Shown here: positions 1-13,122 of the stretch, piece by piece
Layout of the letters: each line of letters starts with the position of its first letter
Numbering within the stretch: the first letter of the stretch is position 1
DNA from: Eledone cirrhosa
Lineage: Eukaryota
Assembly (NCBI GenBank): GCA_964016885.1
Contig: OZ024743.1
Coordinates: forward strand, 119,350,001 to 119,414,000
Reading direction: 5' to 3'
DNA length: 64,000 nucleotides
Made by a program: the position numbers and the translations under genes
The notes under the pieces: model-generated
Told to the model about the DNA's origin: nothing
Database searches by the model: none
What the model saw: only the letters and a program-made list of their open reading frames with translations

Positions 1-33
<33 letters not shown>

Positions 34-814
34 TACGCACACTTGTTAATGAGAGTCTGTGGGCAGGTATCGTTCATGCTCTGATAGCACTGTTACTACA
101 TTTAGAATGAACTTTTAGAGTTATTACGCTTTTAAGATGATATCAGATATAGTAAATCGACATGAAGATTAACTAGATGGAATTTCTAATCTGAACTTCC
201 CCCTCCTTTTGCACCTCAATTTACTAACAGCATAATTTGCTTTGGGATGAGATGAGAGGAAGCGGAGTGGGAAGTGAAAAGCTTGTGTTCCCTTTCTGTA
301 TTGAGATCGGTGCTTTGATGAGCAATTTATTGGAAAACTCATCTGCGAATTAGACAAGTGCTTTCCCACCTATGATAATAAAGCTTATTCCCTTATGACT
401 ACCGAATGCTGGGATTGGGGCAGGCAGGACGTTGATTTGCGCTATCATCTAGCGATGAAACTAGATGTGTACCGCAATTAGACAATAAAACATTACTGAG
501 ATAACAAAATATCTGAGGGAATTAAAATATTAAAAAACAATAATAATATATAAAATAACAGATATGTGTTCAAAATCACTTTCAGATTTGAACTGTACAC
601 CAAGATATCTGTAATCTCCACTCTCTATACGGTGGATAGAAACAAATCAATAGCTTCATTTTCTTTTACAACCAATACTATATATCGAAAGTGAATTTTT
701 CGATATTTTGTTGAAAGCAATTCGTTTCATGTTCATAGTTTATTGAATGGTTGATTAGCAGAATCTTTAAAATGACAAATATATTATGCCCTGGCGATTG
801 TTCCAGTTCTTAGC

Positions 815-1090
815 CGTCTGAGATCAAATCCTGCCGAGACCTGCTTTACCTTTCGCCAATTCGGGGTTGATAAATAGAGTGCTAATACTAGGTTCGTTAT
901 AATCACTTATATATAAGAAATGATTATTAAAAATGGTATATTTGCAAAATCTCTAGAATGTTGAACAAAATGCTTTGCGGTATTCAGCTACCACCTTTCT
1001 TCTCTCAGATTAAATTCGGCTCAGGTCATATTTTCCTTTCATCTTGCTTGGATAAAAAAATATAGTGCCTGTCAAGTCCTGGGCTCAATT
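815..1090 (+). mobile_element. Two highly degenerate copies of the tRNA-derived SINE family
   Basis: Eroded matches to the SINE core CTGAGTTCAAATCCCGCCGAGG...TTTGCCTTTCATCC...GATAAA seen intact at 8932-9125. Confidence 0.45.
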
Positions 1091-2444
1091 CCTCTCCCAT
1101 TCCTCATCTTTCTCTCTCTGCTTTTTATTTATTTATTTTCACTCTCTCTCACACACCCGCTCCCCCAAAAAGAGGAAAGGACATTCTACATAGTCTCTTT
1201 CCTCCTTGAAAATTGAGGAAGTTTGAGCTACAAACTAGTAGCCTTTTCTCTTCTAGCATGCTATAAAGTCTGTCCAAAGACAATAAATATTGTGGACATG
1301 CTCGAGAAGACGTACATGAAAAATAAACAAAAAAAAAGAACTTATACGATTAGAAAGCATATGAACATTATAATTTCTACTGCAATATGATATAGGACAA
1401 AAGTGCCTATTGAAAATATACATATATGTCTTCCGAGATGAAAACTTGGAGTGATAAGTAAACTTCATTTGAGGTAAATCTGTAAGCATAATTCGATATT
1501 GATTAAATCAGTTTTGGCCTCACAATTATATGATATTGGATAATTAACTTTATTTAAGTTACCATTTGGGAAGATGGGTTATGTGTATATATGTATGGAA
1601 AGGGGTTTAAGCCAGACACACTGAAGACCAACGAAATATTCACCTGTTATACAATGATACTGTGACTCGTCTCATGACAGAAAGATATCCTCCAGGAATA
1701 CGCTCGATATCACTTAAATCATACCCTATATTTGAAAGAAAAGAGTAGGGCACATTGAATAATAGGTTCAAGATGTAGAGAATGTTGACTACATTTGATC
1801 ACGGATCTGTTCGATTAAACTCTGTTGTGTACAGCAATGAACTCCCTTTTTTCATGGCGTAGTAGGACAACATGTTCTTATAAGTATGTTTGCCAGAGAG
1901 TCATACATCAGTGTTAGAAATGAAGACGACTGATCGAACTAAAATATAGCGATTTAAAACATAGACGAAAGGTCACACATTTGGCACGATCGAGGAAGAA
2001 CATGCAATAATTTGACATTTAATGTTTTTTAAAACACCGTTAAAGCATTGAAAATGACATTGACCTGATGTTAGGAAGCAACGCCCATGTATTAAAGACA
2101 CTTATGGCGCTTGAAAATAATTTTGTTACACATACCCACCGAAAAGGCTATTCCCTATGCTTTATGTTGTTGCTTAACCCCAAGCCATCCCTTATCAAGA
2201 AGACCCATAATTAAAGACGCACTTGCCATGACAATCACGTCATTTAATCTATCTAGAAATATATTTTCTAGGATGTCATTCTTTATTAAAACAGTAGATT
2301 GGAATTTGAAGATTTGACTGCGTAATATTTTACAAACACTGATGTATGATCTATTTAGTAACTAAACCAAGAAATTGTCGAGTGTTGAATAAGGTCTTAA
2401 TGTTAATTCTCACATGTATTACAGCTAAATTCAGTCCTAACCCC

Positions 2445-2512
2445 GGGCGCTCATCTGGCCGGTGCTTATCTCGGTTTCGTCGGCGTTAAACGCTTAAGAG
2501 TACAAGACTCCC
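2445..2512 (-). mobile_element. SINE internal/3' domain fragment (second copy at 41908-41980)
   Basis: GCTCATCTGGCCGGTGCTTATCTCGGTTTC...GAGTACAAGACTCCCC recurs at 41908-41980 and resembles a widespread metazoan tRNA-SINE domain in reverse orientation. Confidence 0.5.
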
Positions 2513-2571
2513 CAACCCAACCCAACCCAACTGGACTTGTATGAAAAGATAGTTCAACGCCATTCGATATG

Positions 2572-2750
2572 TTAGAAATATTAATTGAATCTTTCTCTAA
2601 TCACATTCTATCACCTGAAAAAAATTATTGGTTAGTACAATCCTAGCGTCACTATATCATGAAAACAATTTGGGATGGCCACGGCTTGAACGATTTTGAT
2701 TATAGGTTTGCTGAATCAGGGTTGATCTGTGGTTATCATATAACAACAAT
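2572..2750 (+). repeat. Old dispersed repeat, probably derived from a LINE 3' end; many eroded copies
   Basis: GGGATGGYCACGGCT...GATCATAGG...CAGGGTTGACCTG...(AAC)n. Similar eroded copies near 1680-1830, 16070-16230(-), 16490-16680(-), 50570-50960(-), 51840-51930, 52050-52210(-), 56490-56660. Confidence 0.5.
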
Positions 2751-3564
2751 GTTCTGAAATACAGGCTATATTTAGTTACTTCAGGCTTATCATATCGTAA
2801 TACAGACATATAATGCTGCAGCAACAGAATAACACTCTAAACCCTAATTGCTGAAATCTACATAGAAGAGTTTACAGCATTGTTCTTCTTTAAATGCAAT
2901 ACAGAAACTATCAACAGTAATTACCGACACAAAAAACATCAACATATTTGAAATTCTGGTAAGTAATGTATAAAATAGATGGATTCTATAGTCACGGGTT
3001 ATTATCGTTTTTAACCCAGTGTTATTCCTCATGTATCAATCGCTTTCTGACTGCGTCTGCCAGACATAGTGTATCTAATGTAGGTGTGTGTGTTCATTCG
3101 TACTATAGATGACACTGTGTCGGACTTTAAGATGATTTGACTGATATGTCTAGTAAAACGAGCAGCCATGTGGAAGTCCGCCATTTAATCATTTAACTAA
3201 GCGTGTATATTACACATAGACTGTTACATAAGGCAGCTATTACACTTCGAAGCATACGAAAAGTGCTAGAAACACGGGAAAGTCAATGAATCACCACTTA
3301 AAGACCATCCTTAAAATGTCTGTCATGAACAATATATTGCAAAGTAAAATGTCATAAAACATATATAAAATATAAACACGAAAGAAATATAGTTGCAGCG
3401 CCAATTTCATCGCCACACCCAGGTATTGTGCTAGGATGTAAAAACATTTCTGTATATCAGGGAGAATGAAATATCCCACGCACGTTAGAAACAATAGTCA
3501 ACTGCAAACTAGGTGAATAGGAAAAAAACACTGAAGAAATAAATGCACACACACATAGAATCAA

Positions 3565-3638
<74 letters not shown>

Positions 3639-3761
3639 AGAGAGAGAGAGAGAGAGAAGGTGGATTTGGAAATAACACGGACAATTTCACCTTTTCTCTA
3701 TAACCACTGTTTTGTATAGAACCTTACTCCCTTTTCAAATATATATATATATATATATATA

Positions 3762-3933
3762 TATAGGAACAAGTAAGACCCCGACGGCTGAGCTCAAGCC
3801 GTTTCGACGGCTAATTCTGAGTACAGAATTAGCCGTCGGGGTCTTACTTGTTCCTATTACCCACTCTACTACCCTAAGTATTGAGTACTTTGGTGCATTA
3901 TGGTCCACCTGGTTCCTTACCACATTTCCTTCG

Positions 3934-3935
<2 letters not shown>
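3762..3935. mobile_element. PLE-derived fold-back insert in (TA)n, family A (also 26619-27090 and 42816-42975)
   Basis: 27-bp perfect inverted arms ATAGGAACAAGTAAGACCCCGACGGCT / AGCCGTCGGGGTCTTACTTGTTCCTAT, an unpaired ~80-bp tail, (TA)n on both sides. Confidence 0.75.
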
Positions 3936-3969
<34 letters not shown>

Positions 3970-4279
3970 TAGCTGGCCCATCCGGCTGGCGCTCGGCTAG
4001 GTATACCGGCATTTTATCTTTTCAGGATTCCCTCCTCCACTCAAGTGCGAAAATACTACACGTCCTCTCAAGTAAGTGAGGGGTGGGGGGTTAACGTGCT
4101 CTGATGTTGGGTTTGAATAGTTTTTAGGATTCCCCAGTTCTGCAGCCAGTACGTTAAAGAAAATTGATAGTTACAACAATAAAGGCTGAACAGAGAACAC
4201 ATTGTTAAACAAACTTTACAATAATTTGTATAACCATAATGGAAATTCCAAGTAACAGAAAATACATAAATTACATTGT

Positions 4280-4470
4280 TAGAAACTCAGCGGATGCAAT
4301 ATTTTTTGTTCGGCCCTTGAGAGCAAAGATGAAGAGATTTTTGGCGAGCTCATCCTAGAGCATCCTACATACAATTGACCATAGGAGAAGCATGGTTTTC
4401 CCAGATGAAGGCCAGCCACTTTTAGGGTTTGACCCTGAGCTTTGTTGATGGTAATCACGAAGCTTAGTCT
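4280..4470 (-). pseudogene. Helitron RepHel Pif1-type helicase C-terminal remnant
   Basis: Manual translation RLSFVITINKAQGQTLKVAGLHLGKPCFSYGQLYVGCSR...NLFIFALKGRTKNI matches SF1/Pif1 motifs V-VI (TINKSQGQ; HGQLYVAxSR). Confidence 0.9.
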
Positions 4471-4663
4471 CTCTGTTGCCTAGTAACATTTTTTCTTCTG
4501 GAAAATCTGATCTTGCGGCCAGGCTGGGACTTTTTGGGTGGCATATCGGCAGTAACAATGACAATAAGCCGTCTGTGCTTTCGTGAAATAAATACGTTTG
4601 TTTATATTTTGTGTTTGTGTATGCAAAAATATCTGTACACGAATATATTATTATATATATATA

Positions 4664-4955
4664 TATTTTAAAAAAAAACAGATTAAATTTTAAGCAAAGA
4701 ATCGCTGCTTCCACCCTTAACGGGATCTTCTGAAACTAAAAAATCAATCTGTAAACGCAGAAGTAAATATTTCGAAAAACGTTGCAATCGAAGGAAAACA
4801 GGAAGACGATACTTTGGTTCGTGGCAATGAACGGAAAAAAGCGAAGATAATACGCCTGCAATGAGAACAATATTTGCTCTAGAGTTCTTATATATTTATC
4901 CTTATCGAGCCCTCTTTGGATTTTAGTCTTCACATTTATTATTATTACTAATTAT
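4664..4955. mobile_element. Family E hammerhead-bearing insert (minus-strand body plus inverted tail) nested in the Helitron
   Basis: Close homologue of 6685-6840, 27700-27953 and 54331-55335; flanked by TA runs. Confidence 0.75.
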
Positions 4956-5592
4956 ATATATATAAATATATATATATAATTAATTATTGAGAGGGCGTGC
5001 GGTATCTTTGCACTGCATTAATTAAAAGTTGGTTAGAAGCGCAGTCAATTCAGACAGACAGATATTATAAGCGTGCGACGTTATAGCTATGTATCTAATG
5101 CAGACAGCCAGACATACAGAGACATATAAGGGCATGACGTTATAGTTATGTATCAATCTAAAAAGACAGATTAAGAAAGAGAGAGGAATGTCGTATAACC
5201 GGAAGTGTTGACATTTGAAAATTTTAAGAAGTGAATATTTAAATAAACGATAAAATATTTTAATCTTTTAACGAACTTTAGAAGACTAAAATACCCCCAC
5301 TTTCTTACTTGGAAAAGTTACATCTATGGTGCAAATTTGGTGCTTTTTGGTACAGCCGTTTGGCGAAAAGTTTGTTACATACATACGGCCGTCAGCTTTA
5401 TAATATAGATATATGGTTATTATGTGAGTAACTTGTGGTTACTGTTACTAGCGGCGATGCTGGTCGAAGAACTCGATGCTGTTACCGTGTCCGTCTCTCG
5501 TTGGGTTGTGCTCCAGGTTTAAGGCGTTTGTAGTTTGCAGAGTGTATATAAAGTGACAATAAGAGTTGCAACTTTTGGGAAATTTTATTTCA

Positions 5593-5675
5593 TATTACAA
5601 TTGTTTCTGTATCGATCAGCTCGGGTTTGACCATGCGATCTGATCTCGACTCTTAATCGATACTTCTTCAGATAA
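5593..5675 (-). ncRNA. Type I minimal hammerhead ribozyme in a PLE 3'-end fragment (5411-5705)
   Basis: Minus strand: TAT-CTGAAGA-[GTATCGAT...ATCGATAC stem II]-GAAA-CAATTG (palindrome)-TA-ATA, followed by AATAAA. Confidence 0.7.
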
Positions 5676-5700
5676 GTGAGTTTACATGGGTGGTCCCATC

Positions 5701-6085
<385 letters not shown>

Positions 6086-6199
6086 TATATATATATATAT
6101 ATATATACATTTTGATTAATACCTCAAGTTATTAATCATGTTGTCTGAAAAATACACAGGTCAATCAGAGTGCTAAAAGATACCGACTGTTTATAGACA

Positions 6200-6635
6200 G
6201 ATACCACACACTTATCAGGAGCACCCTTAACTCCACCTGCAAAAAGGCAAACCATTCTATAATCCACGACATCAATCTAGATGGAAAACACATTACCTCA
6301 AGCCTCGGTGTTGCCGACCGTACTGAACCTATAGACTAACGGACTCCCTACTTCATCTTGAAGTGCCATAAATCCGACTTCGACCGCAAACCATCCATCA
6401 GGCTTATAAACCCGACGAAGTCGGATATAGAGAAGATCAGCAAAAAGATCCTAGACCGCGTTATACCGAAAGTCAAGCAAAACGCGAGACTTAGCCTTTG
6501 GGTCAGCACCCAAGAAGTCATCTCAAGGTTCATGAATATTGAGGATAAACTGGACACCAAACTCATCCAGTCGACATAGAAAGCTATTACGCCTCTATTA
6601 CCCTACCGCTCCTTACGGCCGCTTTGGATTTTGCC
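6200..6635 (+). pseudogene. PLE reverse transcriptase N-terminal fragment, Hydra-clade-like
   Basis: ILKCHKSDFDRKPSIRLINPTKSDIEKISKKILDR...W...F, then a frameshifted DIESYYASI (RT motif A, DIxxFYPSI). Confidence 0.75.
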
Positions 6636-6684
6636 TATATATATATATATAATAAAATAAAATAAAATAAATATATATATATAT

Positions 6685-6835
6685 ATTTATTAAAATAACA
6701 GATTAAAGTTTAAGCAAAGAATCGCTGCTTTCACCCTTAACGGGATCTTCTGAAACTAAAAAAGTTAATCTGTTATTTTAATAAATATTTGCTCTACGGT
6801 TCTTGGATTTTAGTCTTCAAATTTATTATTATTAC

Positions 6836-6840
<5 letters not shown>
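6685..6840. mobile_element. Family E fold-back insert with the best-preserved variant hammerhead (6707-6757, minus)
   Basis: Minus: AGTTT-CAGAAGA-TCCCGTTAAGGGT-GAAA-GCAGCGATTCTTTGC-TT-AAACT; inverted arm 6765-6790 and tail to 6840. Confidence 0.75.
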
Positions 6841-6911
<71 letters not shown>

Positions 6912-6916
<5 letters not shown>

Positions 6917-7308
6917 ATTAGGTATCGAGAGAGAGAAAAAAATGGAAAGATGGGCGATACATATATTTAGTTGCCAATAGTTTATGCATGTGTGCTCAAT
7001 ACTCGTCAATATTTAGTGGGCGAGAAAATATAAACAGAGCGATTATAAAGGAAATGAATACAAAGAGTTTAAAACCGTTAAAACATGTTTATATAATAGT
7101 GCGCCTACGTATGTTTCGCCCTGAATGGTCTTATCAAGGGCATGGAAAGCAAAATAATTATCAATATAGGACCCAGGAGGGAAAAAATGAACGATGATGT
7201 TAATTTAACCGTGAATTTCCTCCTGGGTCCTATATTCATCATTATTTTGCTTTCCATGCCCTTGATAAGCCCATTCAGGGCGAAACTTTTTGTATTCATT
7301 TCCTTTAT
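6912..7308. mobile_element. PLE-derived fold-back insert, family C, with a variant hammerhead (7103-7141, minus)
   Basis: Arms ~7044-7183 and ~7216-7308 (right arm has a deletion). Core GCCC-TTGATAA-GACCATTCAGGGC-GAAA-CATACG-TA-GGC; tail 6912-7043. Confidence 0.7.
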
Positions 7309-7316
7309 ATATATAT

Positions 7317-7372
<56 letters not shown>

Positions 7373-7374
<2 letters not shown>

Positions 7375-7432
7375 CTCTTTTACTCTTTTACCAGTTCCAG
7401 TCATCCGGCTGAGGCCATGCTAGGGCACCGCA
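7373..7432 (-). mobile_element. 3' tail of a SINE/LINE family (second copy at 50381-50455, plus)
   Basis: GCGGTRCCCYAGCATGGCC...ACTGGAAC...TAAAAGAGTAAAAGAGTA is shared with 50381-50455. Confidence 0.6.
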
Positions 7433-7639
7433 TTTTGAATGCATTTTGTCAATTCTTACTCTTGAATTACTGAATTACTGCTCCTATATGAAAGATTGTA
7501 AATTTTAAATTAGTACAGCTGGCTTAATGTTCTAACAATGGCTATTTTTAACACACTGGATGACCTGTGCAGTTGACAGAAAATATGATTAATAATTAAG
7601 GTATTAATCAAAAATGTAAATATATGTACTTCTGCTTCT

Positions 7640-8170
7640 AACATTAAATTTTAGCATAGTTGTTTCCTTTTAGACCAGATCCGCAGCTACTTCTAGTAAA
7701 GCCGTGGCCTGTGTGTATCCTTATATTATAACTTCCTTCACCATATGCGTTAACGTTCTATTCTGAATATATGGTGGTTATTCGTTTCTAATGTGTTTAA
7801 TAAGACAAATTTCTACTGATGAGAGGTTGGTTTGTCTTAATGTTGCCATTTAATTGGTATTTTGCACTATTTCTCGTATTTTCTGAAAAATGATGTATAG
7901 AAATTCTAATAGTTCGATCAACGAACGGTCTCCTCGTGTATTAATGCGATGATGACTGAGTATTGACCAGGCATGTGTACCTATAATATAATTCCCAGAG
8001 AGATTCACCATAATGCAATGTGTAACAAAGCTGGTCGTTTGAGATGCAGGTACAGTCCATTCGACGAACAGTTTCCATCAATACATTTCGGAATGGTAAT
8101 TGTGTGTGACTTAATACTTCTAAATCGATCAAAATGTTTCGAATATGCATATCAACTGGCCTCCAATTCT
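7640..8170 (-). pseudogene. Heavily degraded PLE RT thumb/linker fragment
   Basis: QLPFRNVLME resembles the LPFLDVLV thumb motif and a downstream YPP resembles GYP; many stops and frameshifts. Confidence 0.35.
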
Positions 8171-8379
8171 TTACTCTTTATAGTTCTTTTCCAGATACCT
8201 CAAAGAAAGAGAATACATGCAAATCAATGATATGCAGTGACGAACCCTGGATAAAGAGCTTAGATGCCGAATGCGCTCCTTCGAGATTGTAGTTACGAGG
8301 ACATCTTTCTTAGAAATTATTCCTTGTGGCAATAGTATGATGAAATGGACGAAATATAAAATCCACCCATATATATATA

Positions 8380-8416
<37 letters not shown>

Positions 8417-8439
8417 AGAGAGAGATAGAGAGAGAGAGA

Positions 8440-8479
<40 letters not shown>

Positions 8480-8484
<5 letters not shown>

Positions 8485-8820
8485 CGACTGCTGCCACCAG
8501 ACAAACCATCAGTAGGGACGGATTGAATATGTGTAGACTTCCTAATTTTCCCATCAACAACCCAGATGCATGAGAGTGCACGTGGTCTACAAGGTCACAC
8601 AAAAAATGTATATTCTCGTACATTGGAAGTACAGAGCGGGTGTTGCACACATGGATCATGGAGTACATGACGACGAGAGCTTTTTCTGTTAAAAAACATC
8701 TTGAAAGATGCCGCAGCTAAGACATTGAATTCACCATAGAGGCGACGGAAAGGAATATGGGCAATTTAGGCATCCAAGAGGTCATTATCCACAAAAATAA
8801 AAAAACACAGATAAATAATA
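8480..8820 (+). pseudogene. Degraded PLE GIY-YIG endonuclease fragment
   Basis: Manual translation VVYKVT / CIFSYIGSTERVLHTWIME...SVKKHLERC...NLGIQEVII...QIN matches the GIY-YIG VVY/YIG/H/E/N pattern. Confidence 0.7.
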
Positions 8821-8931
8821 TATTGGAAATACACAAAGCTGGTTAGATACTATAATGATTTCACGTATGCGTATTTCAGACACATAGACCAGTTAAGAAC
8901 ACAATTATCGTATATTATTGTTTTGTTTCCA

Positions 8932-9125
8932 GGGCGGTGGATTGACAGTATCGGTAGAGGGTCGGACGCCATGCTTTGACGCATAGAGTTACGGCCCTTG
9001 CCATTCTGAGTTCAAATCCCGCCGAGGTTAACTTTGCTTTTCATCCTTACGGAGTCGATAAAATAAAGTACCAGTAATGCACTGGTAATTTCTGGCCTTG
9101 TGCCAATAGTAGAAACAATTATTGT
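8932..9125 (+). mobile_element. tRNA-derived SINE, full length (dominant family in the window)
   Basis: A-box-like GGTGGATTGACAGTATCGGTAG, B-box GAGTTCAAATCCC, tail GGCCTTGTGCCAA...AGAAACAATTATT; more than 12 copies in the window. Confidence 0.85.
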
Positions 9126-9299
9126 TTTGAACCGTTTCCGTTTCACATTTGAACAGAGGGATTTGATCTTGAAATATCGTGTTGAAATATACTGGGTAAA
9201 ACATTAATTCTTTTTGTTATTCATTTCATATATTTCCATCGCATTGGACCGGCATTTTGAAACGTATCAGCTATTTATTACATTTATTTATGACATATC

Positions 9300-9392
<93 letters not shown>

Positions 9393-10606
9393 AGGAGGTG
9401 AGTTTTATTGTAGTACAATAAAGCAATGCAGATATCGGATAAGAAGCACTCTACAGTTTGTAGGACTGGAGTATGCATAATATAAGATCAAAAGATGGTT
9501 AAAGGAGTTCCATGTATTTTATTATGCGCATTTCAAAAACAAACATCATCATGCAATAATATTTGTGTTTTCATCAGATAAAACAGGAGAACATGATATG
9601 AAGGCTAAAAAACACTTGTGGATAGTGCAGTTTTAAATCAACATATGAAAAGTGGTTTTAGATTGATGTGTGATATTGGGAAAAATATTTTATTTAGAGA
9701 GGGGGGTGGAAAGGATGAAAAAGGGGAGGAGATGAGAGGGAGAGATGGGTGATAGAGAGAAAGAGATAGTTTTTATAACTGAGAGAAGATATATTGTTTT
9801 ACATAGAGAGGTTGAAAACCGTTGGAAGATAATGTATAAATTAAAAGAATTTGAAAATTAACGAAGGGAAGATATGTATGAGGAAAAAATATTTTATTTA
9901 GGGAGGGGGGAGGGGGAAGGATGAAAAAAAGGGGAGGAGATGAGAGTGAAGGTGGAGAGGGAGAGATGGGTGATAGAGAGAAAGAGATAGTTTTTATAAC
10001 TGAGAAAAGATATATTGTTTTACATAGAGAGGTTGAGAACCGTTGGAAGATAATGTATAAATTAAAAGAATTTGAAAATTAACGAAGGGAATTTATGTAT
10101 GAAGATAGAGAGAAAAAATAATAATTGTGGATGAATATTCTAACGTCAAAAAAAGTGTATGTTGATAAGTATTGTGGCAATTTCAAAATTAACGAAGAGA
10201 AAAAATTATTAAGGTTTGTGTGTAGAAGGATTTGAGAAAAATAATGTGAAGTTAAAGTTTGTATATTGAAGGAATTAATATGTGCGAATAAAGAGTTAAT
10301 ATGTATTAAGAATGAGTTCGTTGATGGGGAGAAAAAAATAAATTAAGGATGAAATTGAGATTAAAAAGTTTTATGATAGAGAGAAAAAATAATAATAATT
10401 GCGGATGAATATTCTAACGTCAAAAAAACAAATGTATATGTTATGAAGGATTTTACAAGGTGAAGATAGAAAGAGGGTAATGAGTAAACAAGTATTATAG
10501 AGTGTATAATGCCCTTTGAAGTAAGGTAGGAAGATGGGTATATTTTAAAGAGGTGTATGTATATGTGCCTTTGAGAAAAGATTCTAAATTGATAAAGAAT
10601 TGAATA

Positions 10607-10938
10607 TTAACTGTATACTTTGTGAAAAGTCCTATGGAATTTATGCAGGCAGATAGAAAACAAATCTGTACGTCTATTTATTATAGAATCTAGGTTAGAG
10701 ATAATGGTAAATTTTTCATTTAGGCAGAGATTACAGATTTTAGATAGAGAGCTGTTCAAGTATGAGGATGCAGAAGAAACCTTCTTCCAAAAGATGGTAT
10801 ATTTAATGTTTTTGTCTTTCAAGGACCATATGAGTTCTGAGAGAGCCGTGTTGGTTCTTTTAAGTTTGTATTTGAAAGATGAATGATGATTGTAGAGACG
10901 AGCTTTAAAAGAGGTGGAAGTGGAGCCAAAATAGGTGA
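10607..10938 (-). pseudogene. C-terminal GIY-YIG endonuclease of a Hydra-like PLE
   Basis: Open frame FTYFGSTSTSFKARLYNHHSSFK...TALSELIWSLKDKNIKYTIFW...KICNLCLNEK...INRRTDLFSICLHK. Confidence 0.85.
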
Positions 10939-12074
10939 AAATGAAAAATTTACCATTATCTCTAACCTAGATTCTATAATAAATAGACGTACAGATTTGT
11001 TTTCTATCTGCCTGCATAAATTCCATAGGACTTTTCACAAAGTATACAGTTAATATTCAATTCTTTATCAATTTAGAATCTTTTCTCAAAGGCACATATA
11101 CATACACCTCTTTAAAATATACCCATCTTCCTACCTTACTTCAAAGGGCATTATACACTCTATAATACTTGTTTACTCATTACCCTCTTTCTATCTTCAC
11201 CTTGTAAAATCCTTCATAACATATACATTTGTTTTTTTGACGTTAGAATATTCATCCGCAATTATTATTATTTTTTCTCTCTATCATAAAACTTTTTAAT
11301 CTCAATTTCATCCTTAATTTATTTTTTTCTCCCCATCAACGAACTCATTCTTAATACATATTAACTCTTTATTCGCACATATCAATTCCTTCAATATACA
11401 AACTTTAACTTCACATTATTTTTCTCAAATCCTTCTACACACAAACCTTAATAATTTTTTCTCTTCGTTAATTTTGAAATTGCCACAATACTTATCAACA
11501 TACACTTTTTTGACGTTAGAATATTCATCCACAATTATTATTTTTTTTCTCTATCTTCATACATAAATTCCCTTCGTTAATTTTCAAATTCTTTTAATTT
11601 ATACATTATCTTCCAACGGTTCTCAACCTCTCTATGTAAAACAATATATCTTTTCTCAGTTATAAAAACTATCTCTTTCTCTCTATCACCCATCTCTCCC
11701 TCTCCACCTTCACTCTCATCTCCTCCCCTTTTTTTCATCCTCCCCCCCCCCCTCCCTAAATAAAATATTTTTTCCTCATACATATCTTCCCTTCGTTAAT
11801 TTTCAAATTCTTTTAATTTATACATTATCTTCCAACGGTTTTCAACCTCTCTATGTAAAACAATATATCTTCTCTCAGTTATAAAAACTATCTCTTTCTC
11901 TCTATCACCCATCTCTCCCTCTCATCTCCTCCCCTTTTTCATCCTTTCCACCCCCCATCTCTAAATAAAATATTTTTCCCAATATCACACATCAATCTAA
12001 AACCACTTTTCATATGTTGATTTAAAACTGCACTATCCACAATTGTTTTTTAGCCTTCATATCATGTTCTCCTG

Positions 12075-12141
12075 TTTTATCTGATGAAAACACAAATATT
12101 ATTGCATGATGATGTTTGTTTTTGAAATGCGCATAATAAAA
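12075..12141 (+). ncRNA. Type I minimal hammerhead ribozyme, family D (also 9517-9583 minus and 55520-55586 plus)
   Basis: TTTTAT-CTGATGA-[AAAC...GTTT stem II]-GAAA-TGCGCA (palindrome)-TA-ATAAAA; perfect 6-bp stem I. Confidence 0.85.
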
Positions 12142-12173
12142 TACATGGAACTCCTTTAACCATCTTTTGATCT

Positions 12174-12212
<39 letters not shown>

Positions 12213-12269
12213 TAGATAATTTAATATATCTACTAACATAAGCGCACAGATGTACGCTAATGCCAGCAA

Positions 12270-12585
<316 letters not shown>

Positions 12586-13038
12586 TATATATGTGTATAT
12601 ATACATGTGTGTTTGCATGTATGTATGTGTGTATATGTGCAGAGAGAGAGGAAGTGAGAGAGAATTAGGAGGGAATATCTTAGTATGCAGATCGTTTTAA
12701 GTAATTTAACACATGTTATAAAGTTGTTAAGCAAGTTTTGAATGAGTCATATGACCGATCTCTAACGAGATAAACGCACGATAAACAGCGAATTTCAATC
12801 TCATTTTTGTTTTTCTGTTTTTCTCTCTAATTATCACTACCTCTTTCTGTCTTCCTTTTCCTCCGTCAATTGCATCTTTCGATACTACATCTTGGTGATT
12901 TTATATATACATGTATGTGTGTATATATATATATATATATATGCAAACATACACACATGAAACACGTATATACGTGCGCGCGCACGCACACACACAGACA
13001 CACACACACACAGACACACACACAGATACACACGCACA

Positions 13039-13079
<41 letters not shown>

Positions 13080-13122
13080 TTATATGCTTACATATATAGA
13101 TATACACACATATACACACATT

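Larger units (their letters stand above)
3969..5409 (-). mobile_element. Non-autonomous Helitron with a nested PLE-derived insert
   Basis: The minus strand starts TC (5409) and ends CTAG (3972-3969) with a subterminal GC hairpin. It sits between A and T with no TSD and contains Pif1 helicase motif remnants. Confidence 0.8.
9387..12180. mobile_element. 5'-truncated Hydra-like PLE (minus) with an inverted 3' copy, forming a ~1.24-kb-arm palindrome (family D)
   Basis: Near-identical inverted arms 9478-10721 and 10939-12180, spacer encoding GIY-YIG, tail 9387-9477, (TA)n on both sides. Confidence 0.9.
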
